A stretch of 63,772 nucleotides of DNA, counting the filler, from an uncultured Methanosarcinales archaeon (lineage in GTDB: Archaea; Nanobdellota; Nanobdellia; Woesearchaeales; DSVV01): the NCBI GenBank assembly GCA_964593285.1. It is 4 parts of 4 records of this genome, joined end to end, with 100 filler letters (N's around TTAATTAATTAA, not from the genome) between each part and the next. Parts side by side here need not be neighbours in the genome. Positions count along the whole stretch, not along the records: positions 1 to 21,772 come from CAZQHZ010000019.1; 3 more parts are not named here. One strand, given 5' to 3'. Made by a program: the position numbers and the translations under genes. Shown here one piece after another: positions 9,249 to 17,909 of the stretch. Positions within the stretch are counted from its first letter, which is position 1. Each line of letters begins with the position of its first letter. The notes under the pieces were generated by a model. The model worked only from the letters and a program-made list of their open reading frames with translations, was not told the DNA's origin and made no database searches.

Positions 9249-11045
9249 TTATTCTTTTGTAATAGCTTTAATTGGGCAAACATTAAAACATGAACCACAT
9301 TTTATACATTTTTCTTGATTTATTGTATGTTTTTTTTTTAATTCACCACTAATTGCATCACTTGGGCATACTTTTTTACAAGCGCCACATCCTATGCAAT
9401 TTTTAGTTATTTTAAAATTTAAAAGTGAATTACAAACACCTGCTTTACATTTTTTATCCTTGATATGTTCAATATATTCTTTTTCAAAATATCTTAGTGT
9501 TGACAAAACTGGATTTGGTGCCGCTTGGCCTAAACCACATAAAGAATTATTTTTTATAAAATTAGCTAAATTTTTCATTTTTAAAATAATATCTAAATCA
9601 GCTTTACCTTTTGTTATAGATTCAAGCATTTCAAGAAGTCTTTTTGTTCCTTCCCTACAAGGAGTACATTTACCACAGCTTTCTTCTCCAGTAAAATTCA
9701 TAAAAAATCTTGCAATATCAACAATACATGATTTTTCAGATATTACAACAATTCCACCAGAACCCATGATTGAACCAAGTTCTAACATATTCTCATAATC
9801 AAGTTTAGTGTTTAATTTATTTTTTGGAATGCATCCACCAGCAGGACCACCTGTTAATAAGGCTTTAAAATCTTGATCATTTTCAATTCCACCACAAATA
9901 TCATAAACTATATTTTTAAGTTTAATACCAATTGGAACTTCAACAATACCAGTATGTTTAACATCACCTGTAACACATAATACTTTTGTACCTTTTGTTT
10001 TTAAAGTTCCAATTTTTTTAAATTCGTCTGCACCTTCACTCATAACAATTGAAACATGATCTAGTGTTCCAACATTATTTACATTTGTTGGCATGCTAAA
10101 TAAACCTTTTTGTGCAGGAAATGGTGGTCTTGGAATTGGCGAGCCACGCTTTCCTTCCATTGATTTTATTAATGCAGTTTCTTCACCACATACAAATGCT
10201 CCAGCACCCATTTTAATAGATAAATCAAAATTAAAATCTTTTATTCCAAGAATATTTTTTCCAAGTAAATTATTTTTATATGCAATCTCTATTGCTTTTT
10301 GCATAATTTTTATAGCTAAAGGATATTCTGCCCGTGTATAGATAAATCCTTCAGTTGCATTTGCTGCAAATGATGCAATTAATAAACCTTCTATTATACT
10401 AAATGGATCGCTTTCCATTAAAGTTCTATTCATAAAAGCTCCAGGGTCTCCTTCATCTCCATTTCCAATTAAAAATTTTTTAGATTTTTTATCTGCAATA
10501 AAAGACCATTTTTTTCCAGTTGGAAAACCAGCTCCACCCCTGCCTCTAAGACCAGAATCTAAAACTTCTTGTATTGTTTTTTTTGGACCTAAATTAAACG
10601 CATTAACTAAACCACTAAACCCACCATATGCTATATAATGATTTATGTTTGTTGGATTAATAAAACCACTTTTTTTAGTTACTATTCTTTCTTGTTTTTT
10701 ATAAAAATCAATATTTTCTAATTTTTCTGAAATGAAATTGCTTTTAAATATTTCATTTTTTTTAATTGCATCGATTAATCTATCAACATTTTCAATGGTT
10801 ATTTTTCCATATATTGAATTTTTATTATTTTGTTTAACAGTCACAATAGGCTCATTATAACACATTCCAGAGCAACCAACAATATCTATTGGAATATTTA
10901 ATTTAGCTTTTTTTAATGCTTCATATACTTCATTTGCACCAGCAGAAATACCACAAGTTGCCATTCCAATAGTTAATCTATCTGAATTTAGTTCATCTAA
11001 TGTTTTCTTAACATTTTTTTTTTCAATTAAATCTTTAAGTTTCAT
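9249..11045 (-). CDS. hydB: NADH/FMN-binding diaphorase subunit (NuoF-like) with N-terminal 2Fe-2S and C-terminal 2x4Fe-4S
   Basis: GRGGAGFPTG, NGDEGDPGAFM, FVCGEETAL, ESCGKCTPCREG, CIGCGACKKVCP, CIKCGSCFNVCP. Confidence 0.93.
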   Translation of the reverse strand: MKLKDLIEKKNVKKTLDELNSDRLTIGMATCGISAGANEVYEALKKAKLNIPIDIVGCSGMCYNEPIVTVKQNNKNSIYGKITIENVDRLIDAIKKNEIFKSNFISEKLENIDFYKKQERIVTKKSGFINPTNINHYIAYGGFSGLVNAFNLGPKKTIQEVLDSGLRGRGGAGFPTGKKWSFIADKKSKKFLIGNGDEGDPGAFMNRTLMESDPFSIIEGLLIASFAANATEGFIYTRAEYPLAIKIMQKAIEIAYKNNLLGKNILGIKDFNFDLSIKMGAGAFVCGEETALIKSMEGKRGSPIPRPPFPAQKGLFSMPTNVNNVGTLDHVSIVMSEGADEFKKIGTLKTKGTKVLCVTGDVKHTGIVEVPIGIKLKNIVYDICGGIENDQDFKALLTGGPAGGCIPKNKLNTKLDYENMLELGSIMGSGGIVVISEKSCIVDIARFFMNFTGEESCGKCTPCREGTKRLLEMLESITKGKADLDIILKMKNLANFIKNNSLCGLGQAAPNPVLSTLRYFEKEYIEHIKDKKCKAGVCNSLLNFKITKNCIGCGACKKVCPSDAISGELKKKHTINQEKCIKCGSCFNVCPIKAITKE

Positions 11046-11047
11046 TT

Positions 11048-11647
11048 TTATTTTAATTTTGAAATTTTATTTTTAATATTATTATTTGTTACATTACCAT
11101 ATACTTTATTATTGATTGTTATAGCTGGTGCTTTTGCACATGCACCAATACAATTTACGGTTTCTAATTTAATTAAATTGTTTTTTGTTGCCTCATTTGG
11201 TTTAATACCTAAATTATCACAAATAAAATCAACTAATATACGTGAACCTTTAACATGACATGCAGTTCCAGTACAAACAGAAATTAAATATTTTGCAGGT
11301 TTATTTGTTTTAAATTGAGAATAAAATGATGCAACTGAGAAAATCTCGGTTCCAGGAATATTTTCACTTCTTGATAATTTTTCTAATTCTTCTATTGGTA
11401 AGTATCCTTTTTTTTCTTGAATTTTTTGTAAAATAACAATTAAATTTGATTGATTTAAATTTTTTTTATAATTATTATTTTTTAAATTTAATAAAAATTT
11501 TTCCTTTTCTTTTTTTAATTCACTAGATGTTGGTTTTGTTTTTCCTAAGTATTTACTAACTTTTTTATACTTTTTCCCGTCACGAATTGTATGATACAAA
11601 TAATAGTAACTAACATTATTTTTTTTTAATTCTTTTAGATAAGGCAT
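11048..11647 (-). CDS. hydC: 2Fe-2S subunit (NuoE-like) with an extra ~60-aa basic N-terminal domain
   Basis: VASFY, CTGTACHVKG, CIGACAKAP. N-terminal extension MPYLKELKKNNVSYYYLYHTIRDGKKYKKVSKYLG. Confidence 0.9.
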   Translation of the reverse strand: MPYLKELKKNNVSYYYLYHTIRDGKKYKKVSKYLGKTKPTSSELKKEKEKFLLNLKNNNYKKNLNQSNLIVILQKIQEKKGYLPIEELEKLSRSENIPGTEIFSVASFYSQFKTNKPAKYLISVCTGTACHVKGSRILVDFICDNLGIKPNEATKNNLIKLETVNCIGACAKAPAITINNKVYGNVTNNNIKNKISKLK

Positions 11648-11826
11648 TTTATTTATTTTTTTATAATTAAAGTTTAAAAATCTTTCTAATTTTTAATATA
11701 TATAACACTTTTAAATTTTTTTTATTTTCTTCACTACTATAGCATAAAAATCTATTTAAATAATCAATTAATTCAATAAAATAATAGTAAAATTTCTTAA
11801 AAATTATCTATGTGGAGGAATTATTA

Positions 11827-12826
11827 ATGGTTACAAAAAAAGATTTATTAAGCAATGAATTGATGAAGCAAATAATGCATATACGGCTAGATAGTTTATG
11901 GAAAATGATTGGACTTCGAAAATAAAATGCCTAAAATTGATGAAGAAGGAGCAACAGGTGAGTTTGATAATAAAGGGGCGATGTTTTTGCAAGGCGGATT
12001 TATTTACGAAGATAGTGATAAAAATCCAATCGAAAAAGAAACTTATAAAGAATTGAATACAAAAGAGTTTAGAAAGATAATAAAAAAATCTATGAATCAT
12101 GACAATGCAACACTTCTCTATCCTGATGGCTTTGCTTATGGAATTAATCTAGATAATGGATTTTTTTCAGAAATTGCAGGAAATGTAATTGGACTAAAAC
12201 AAGCTGCTCATAAACGAAGCCCAATTCTAAGAAAAGAACCACCAAAAAAAATTAATTCAAATGATATAACAAAAAGTTATTCACCAACTTATATAAAACC
12301 GCCATATGGCTCGCGTACAAAATTGAGTTCTTGTGTTGCAACATGTATGACTGAACCTAGGATGTATTATATGCTTAGTAGAAGTATGCTTGGACTTAGA
12401 GGAGATTATCAGGAAGAGTTGTGGAAAGATATTAAATCTGCACAAAAACCTATGAAATATAATGGTGGACCAACATTAACACCACCATATTTAGTTGTAT
12501 GTCACAATACTCGGTATAAAAAAGAAATAATGACTGGTATTACTCGTATTTTAGGATATGGTAAATTTGGAGAATTTTCAAATATTACATTAGAAGAATT
12601 AACTCGCGATTTAATAAATGATTTATCTGAAAAACCAAAAGAAAACCATATTATTGCAAAATATGATAATAAAAATTATGTTGCACTTCTACGTGAATAT
12701 TCAAAAACAACTCCTGGGAAGCGAAGACAAAAAACTAATAATTATCTTTTGTATCCAAAAAAGGATTTTAATTTAAATATTAATGAAATTGAAAAAAAGG
12801 CAAAAGAAAGATATAAAATTTTATAA
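11827..12826 (+). CDS. Uncharacterised protein with degenerate DAC (DisA_N)-like motifs, apparently split by a +1 frameshift near 11920
   Basis: SD GGAGGA then ATG 11827 opens a 32-aa ORF ending CGA AAA TAA (11925), which overlaps the long +1-frame ORF. Motifs KGAMFL, HDNA, GSRT. Confidence 0.5.
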
Positions 12827-12828
12827 AA

Positions 12829-13326
12829 TTAATTAATACATTTATCTAAAGTATACAAACTATCTTTGATAACTACATCATATGACACACAAATTTCATC
12901 ATTGTTATATAATAAGCATTCAACCTCAAGTTGTCTGCACTCATCTAATGATCTAAACCATTTCATATCCAAACATGAATTAGACCTTAAATTATTACAC
13001 CATTCAACTAATCTTTTTTCCTCAAATCTTAATTCTTGGTCATTTCTAACTTTTGTCCTAGCAGTTTCTATTTGCTCTATTGCTTCTCTATCTTGTTGTT
13101 CTTTTTTCCATTTTTCATATAAATCATATTCTTTTGAATGATTAATTGTAGTTATCTCCATTTTATGACCATCAATGTTTTCAACTTCAAAAATTTCAAA
13201 TTCAAAATCGGCTGGCATTTTAAATTCAGATTTTGAAATTTTATCTTCACTACTGCAGCCAAAGCTAAATAGAATAAATATAAATAAAAAAACAAAAATA
13301 ACTATTTTATTAATTTTTTGTGACAT
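12829..13326 (-). CDS. Putative lipoprotein, Cys-rich C-terminus
   Basis: Hydrophobic signal followed by FSFG-C. Confidence 0.7.
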   Translation of the reverse strand: MSQKINKIVIFVFLFIFILFSFGCSSEDKISKSEFKMPADFEFEIFEVENIDGHKMEITTINHSKEYDLYEKWKKEQQDREAIEQIETARTKVRNDQELRFEEKRLVEWCNNLRSNSCLDMKWFRSLDECRQLEVECLLYNNDEICVSYDVVIKDSLYTLDKCIN

Positions 13327-13388
13327 ATTATTACTAGGTAGTAATAAATTATTTATAAATTTTTTGGTTTTTAATTAAAAAGAAAAAA

Positions 13389-13982
13389 TTATTTTTTTTT
13401 TAAATATTCAATTGAAACATATAAAATGGTTAGCGAAATTGCACTAATTATTATCCAAAAACCAACACTTGGTTCATATGTAAAAGAACTTGCTGTAGTA
13501 GTTAAATCTTGTGAATTTACCATAACTTGCATTGTATCTGTTTTGGCTAAAGGTTCTAATTCTGTAGCTTGATTAGAAAATTTATATTTAAAAGTGTTAT
13601 AAATTTCATATAAAAAACCAACAGATGCTAAAATTAAACTTGATGGTAATATTTTTTTTATAATTGATTTTAATCCACGCTCTTTTTTTGGAGCAATTAT
13701 TATGTATTTGTTTGCTAATTTATAATGCAAAATTTCTCTGCCTTTTTTACTATAATGATATTCATCAGCTTCAACTAATCCTGCATTAATTAATTGTTTC
13801 ATATTATAATTAATTGTTGATGCTGGAATTTTTAAATCTTCACTTATTTTAGATTCTGTTGCTACATTTTGCGTTGCCAAATAATCTAAAATTTTTTTAC
13901 ATGATGCATTACTTACAACATTTGCAACCTTATTTATTTTATCATCATCTAACGAGAGCATTAAAAAATTTTTTTTTGACAT
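13389..13982 (-). CDS. ArsR-like winged-HTH regulator with two C-terminal hydrophobic helices
   Basis: KILDYLA..TESKISEDLKIPASTINYNMKQLINAGLV, then two hydrophobic stretches. Confidence 0.8.
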   Translation of the reverse strand: MSKKNFLMLSLDDDKINKVANVVSNASCKKILDYLATQNVATESKISEDLKIPASTINYNMKQLINAGLVEADEYHYSKKGREILHYKLANKYIIIAPKKERGLKSIIKKILPSSLILASVGFLYEIYNTFKYKFSNQATELEPLAKTDTMQVMVNSQDLTTTASSFTYEPSVGFWIIISAISLTILYVSIEYLKKK

Positions 13983-14069
13983 AAAATATGCAATATTAAT
14001 TGATATATAAATATTTTATGTTTACTTTAAACTATTTTAAAGTTATCATAATAAATAGAAATAAAAAAA

Positions 14070-16823
14070 TTAATGTATTTCAAGCCTAATTCCATTCATG
14101 TTTGCTTGTTCTTTCATTTCACTTTTAATAAGCAATTTAACAATTTCTGTAACTATAATAACTAAGCTACTAATAAATAAAATAATTACCCAATAACTAA
14201 ATGGCAAAGGCACAGTTCCAAATATAGATTGCCCAATACTGGTATAAATCACAGACATCATTAAACTAAATGAAATTGCAATTGATAAAAATATATAAGG
14301 GTTTGAAAAAAAGTTTTTATTAAATATTGATGAATGTAGCGATCTAACATTTAATGCATGCATTAATTCAAACATGATAATTGTTGCAAAAGCAAGTGTT
14401 TGTGCAAATGCTGTAGCTTCAGGATTTGCTCTAATTTCCCACACAAATAAAGCAAAAGTTCCAAAAAACATAATTGGAACAACAGATAATAATTTAAATA
14501 CAATATATGAGGATAATAATCTTTCTTTTGGATTTCTTGGTCTTTGTTTTATAACTTTTGGATTCATTGGTTCAACACTTAATGCAAGTGATGGGATAAC
14601 GCTTGTAATTAAATTAATGAATAAAATCATCAATACAGTTAATGGAGGAATTAAACCAAGTAAAATGCATACAGTAATTAGTAACAATTCAGTCATGTTA
14701 ACTGACAACAAATAAAAAATAAATCGTCTAATATTACTATAAATTGTTCTACCTTCTTTTACAGCTTTTACAATACTACTAAAATTATCATCTGCTAAAA
14801 CCATTTTAGAAGACTCGCGTGCAACATCAGTACCATTTAATCCCATGCTAATTCCAATATCAGCTCGTTTTAATGCAGGTGCATCATTTACACCATCGCC
14901 AGTCATTGCTACAATTTCATCTTTTCGTTGTAATGATTTTACAATCCTTAATTTATGTTCAGGGCTACTTCTTGCAATTATTGCAACTTTTTCAATTAAT
15001 TCATCTAATTCATCATCTGTTAATTTATCAATCTCATTTCCTTCAATAATTAAATTATGTTCTTTTCTAATTAAACCTAGCTGACAGCCAATACTTTGAG
15101 CAGTACTTTTATGATCTCCTGTAATCATAACTACACGAATTCCTGCATCATTACATTCTTTAATTGACTGATACACTTCTTGTCTTATTGGATCTTTTAT
15201 TGCAACTAGTCCTTCAAATACGTAACCATTTTTTAACAAAGAATTAGATTTTTTCTCATCCCATTTTTGTAAAAATTTTGTTGCAAAACAAAGTACTCTA
15301 TAAGATAAATTAGTATTTTTATGTACTAATTTAAAAAAAAAATCTTTATCTTTTTTTGTTAATTTTTTTATTTTTCCACTTTTTAATCTAAAATGACTAC
15401 ATTTATCAATAACTTTTTCAGCAGCACCCTTAAGATATGCATAATTCTTTTTATCTTTATTTACAGTGATCATGTATTTTTTTTCTGGATCGAATGGAAT
15501 TTCAAATATTCTTGGATTATCTTCTCTTAAAACTTCTTCATCAAAACCAGAAGATTTTGCAACTGCAAGAATTGAACCTTCAGTTGGCTCGCCATCTAAT
15601 TTCCAATCAACTTCTTGAAAATTTAATTCTGCATTATTGCATAAAATCGCGCCTTTTAATAAAAATTGAGTTTGTTTATTATTTTTTTTAATATTTATAG
15701 ATTTACCATCTAATTTAAATTTTGCATTAGGCTCATAACCTTTTCCAAAAACTTCATAAATAGTACCATCAGCTAAAACAATTTTTTCTACAACCATTTT
15801 ATTTTGTGTTAGTGTTCCAGTTTTATCTGTACAAATAACAGTTGTTGTTCCAAGAGTTTCAACAGAATTTAAATCTTTTATAATGGCATTTTTTTTTGCC
15901 ATCTTTTTAACACCATAGGATAATGTCATTGTTAGTGCTAAAGGTAGGCTTTCTGGAATTGCAGATACTGCAACCGCACTTACCAAAATTAATGCTAAAA
16001 GCATATCATAATCATTGTTTAATAAATAAATAAACAACAATATACAAACTGTAATAACTACCAATGAAATTCGCCTGCCCATAACATGCATTTTTTTTTG
16101 TAATGGACTTACTCTTTCTTTCATGGTTGTTAATTCTTTTGAAATTTTACCAATTTCTGTTTCAAGACCAACATCAATAACAACACCAATCCCAGTTCCA
16201 CCAGTAACACTAGTTCCACTAAATACAATATTGTTTTGCTCTGCTATATGTAAATCTTGTTTGTCTATTCGCTTAGCATGCTTAAATTTTTGAACTGATT
16301 CTCCTGTTAAAATAGATTCATCTACACTTAAACCATTTGATTCTAAAATCCGTAAATCTGTTGGAACAATCATTCCTCGCTTCAAAGAAACTATATCTCC
16401 TTTAACTAAATCAATAGAATCAATCTCACACCACTTATTATCTCGTAAAACATTGACTTTTTTTGCCGTAAGTTTTGATAATGCATCAATTGATTTTGCA
16501 GCATGATATTCTTGAAAAAAACCAGATAACCCAGTAATTAAAATAATTGCTAAAATAACAAACCCTTCAACATAGTGCTCTGGGCCTGATAAAAAAGAAA
16601 TAATCATACAAAAAAATAAAACAAGAATTAAAATATTTTTAAAATTTCTAAATAAAATTTTTATAAATCTAAAATCTTCTTCTTTTGCTAATGTATTTAA
16701 ACCATCTTGATTTAATCGCTTATTAACTTCAGTTGATGTTAATCCTTTTAGTGAAGTTTTAAGTTCATCTAAAACTTCTTTCCGCGAACGTAAATACCAA
16801 TACTTTTCTTTTAAATTTGACAA
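14070..16823 (-). CDS. Type II P-type cation-transporting ATPase
   Basis: TGES, PESLP, ICTDKTGTLT, KGAAE, MITGD, TGDGVNDAPAL. TTG start with a GGTGG SD. Confidence 0.95.
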   Translation of the reverse strand: MSNLKEKYWYLRSRKEVLDELKTSLKGLTSTEVNKRLNQDGLNTLAKEEDFRFIKILFRNFKNILILVLFFCMIISFLSGPEHYVEGFVILAIILITGLSGFFQEYHAAKSIDALSKLTAKKVNVLRDNKWCEIDSIDLVKGDIVSLKRGMIVPTDLRILESNGLSVDESILTGESVQKFKHAKRIDKQDLHIAEQNNIVFSGTSVTGGTGIGVVIDVGLETEIGKISKELTTMKERVSPLQKKMHVMGRRISLVVITVCILLFIYLLNNDYDMLLALILVSAVAVSAIPESLPLALTMTLSYGVKKMAKKNAIIKDLNSVETLGTTTVICTDKTGTLTQNKMVVEKIVLADGTIYEVFGKGYEPNAKFKLDGKSINIKKNNKQTQFLLKGAILCNNAELNFQEVDWKLDGEPTEGSILAVAKSSGFDEEVLREDNPRIFEIPFDPEKKYMITVNKDKKNYAYLKGAAEKVIDKCSHFRLKSGKIKKLTKKDKDFFFKLVHKNTNLSYRVLCFATKFLQKWDEKKSNSLLKNGYVFEGLVAIKDPIRQEVYQSIKECNDAGIRVVMITGDHKSTAQSIGCQLGLIRKEHNLIIEGNEIDKLTDDELDELIEKVAIIARSSPEHKLRIVKSLQRKDEIVAMTGDGVNDAPALKRADIGISMGLNGTDVARESSKMVLADDNFSSIVKAVKEGRTIYSNIRRFIFYLLSVNMTELLLITVCILLGLIPPLTVLMILFINLITSVIPSLALSVEPMNPKVIKQRPRNPKERLLSSYIVFKLLSVVPIMFFGTFALFVWEIRANPEATAFAQTLAFATIIMFELMHALNVRSLHSSIFNKNFFSNPYIFLSIAISFSLMMSVIYTSIGQSIFGTVPLPFSYWVIILFISSLVIIVTEIVKLLIKSEMKEQANMNGIRLEIH

Positions 16824-16911
16824 AATACCACCTATTATTAAATTAAATATTATTTTTTAAAAGTATTTACTATATAAATAATTGTAATTTTTAAAAAGTA
16901 GTTAAGAAAAA

Positions 16912-17586
16912 TTATTTTTTAAATAAGTTTGGATTTTTTTCAACAAATTTTTTAACTAAAATTTCAAAAAACCTAGATCTTTTTTCTTTTAAATATAAAA
17001 AACCAAAAAATGATGCAACTAGTGCACCAATTGCATCAACTATCAAATCAAACATTGTATCAGTAAGTCCTGAGGGATCTGCAAACATAGATTTTTGCAT
17101 ATTAAAACCAAACAAAGTATCCATACTAAATTCAAATATTTCCCACAATCCACCCATTGCAAGTGCAAAACAGAATGAAAAAAATACTATAATAATTGGC
17201 TTTGCTTTTAATTTATTTTCATATACCAAAGTATATAAAAATAAAAATCCAATAAAACCTAAAACAAAACCAGAAAATGTATGAAGCATTAAATCCCACC
17301 ACCAATACCTAAAATAATAATCTTTTGTTTCACCAAGAAAAATAGAAGCATAAATAAATAAACTCATAATGAATTGAAATTCTATTGGAAGATATATTTT
17401 GAAATTTTTTTCAATTATTTTTGGAATTAAAGTGAAAATTAATGCAAGTGTTGATACAAATAAAAGTAGCCATCGTTGATTGTACATAGAAACTATCATA
17501 GCTATTAAAAAACTAAGTTGTATAAAATAAGAAGTATAGATTAAAATTTTTTTTGTTATTGGAATTTTATCTTTAAAAAAAGGCAT
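16912..17586 (-). CDS. Multi-pass membrane protein (DUF2238-like)
   Basis: WWDLMLH, WEIFEF..D, DTMFDLIVD..G. Confidence 0.7.
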   Translation of the reverse strand: MPFFKDKIPITKKILIYTSYFIQLSFLIAMIVSMYNQRWLLLFVSTLALIFTLIPKIIEKNFKIYLPIEFQFIMSLFIYASIFLGETKDYYFRYWWWDLMLHTFSGFVLGFIGFLFLYTLVYENKLKAKPIIIVFFSFCFALAMGGLWEIFEFSMDTLFGFNMQKSMFADPSGLTDTMFDLIVDAIGALVASFFGFLYLKEKRSRFFEILVKKFVEKNPNLFKK

Positions 17587-17666
17587 AATTATTTGAATAA
17601 CTTAAATATTTTTTAATCTTTTGCTTTTAAAAACAGAAAATAAGAAAATATTTTTAAAATAGATAT

Positions 17667-17683
17667 CGAAACTTTTTTAAATA
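17667..17683 (+). promoter_or_regulatory. BRE/TATA promoter of tRNA-Phe
   Basis: CGAAA-CTTTTTTAAATA ending ~28 nt before the tRNA 5' end. Confidence 0.65.
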
Positions 17684-17710
17684 GCATATTAATTCTAAAA
17701 CATAATCTTT

Positions 17711-17856
17711 GGGGACATAGCTCAGCCTGAGGAAAAATTTGCTTTTCCGGCTAAGGAGAGCACTAGACTGAAGATAAACATCAAATGATCTGATGAGGCA
17801 AAAGCCAATGATTATTAGAGATCTAGGTGTCCGGGGTTCAAATCCCCGTGTCCCCA
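17711..17856 (+). tRNA. tRNA-Phe(GAA) with two BHB introns (D-loop 17730-17754; 37/38 17774-17820); CCA not encoded
   Basis: Spliced sequence GGGGACA TA GCTC AGCCTGGGA GAGC A CTAGA CTGAAGA TCTAG GTGTC CGGGG TTCAAAT CCCCG TGTCCCC A forms a full cloverleaf. Anticodon at 17770-17772. Confidence 0.95.
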
Positions 17857-17909
17857 TTTTTTATAATTTTTTCTTAAATGTTACTTAATAGTAACAAATT
17901 ATTTAAATT

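Noticed and set aside
9249..11647. Respiratory complex I nuoE/nuoF
   Set aside because: The adjacent gene has full H-cluster motifs and no membrane nuo genes are present, so these are hydrogenase subunits.
17790..17812. Hammerhead ribozyme in the tRNA intron (CTGATGA + stem)
   Set aside because: The stem is followed by AATG rather than the required GAAA, and there is no stem III/UH site.
17654..17857. 67-aa minus-strand ORF
   Set aside because: Antisense shadow of tRNA-Phe.
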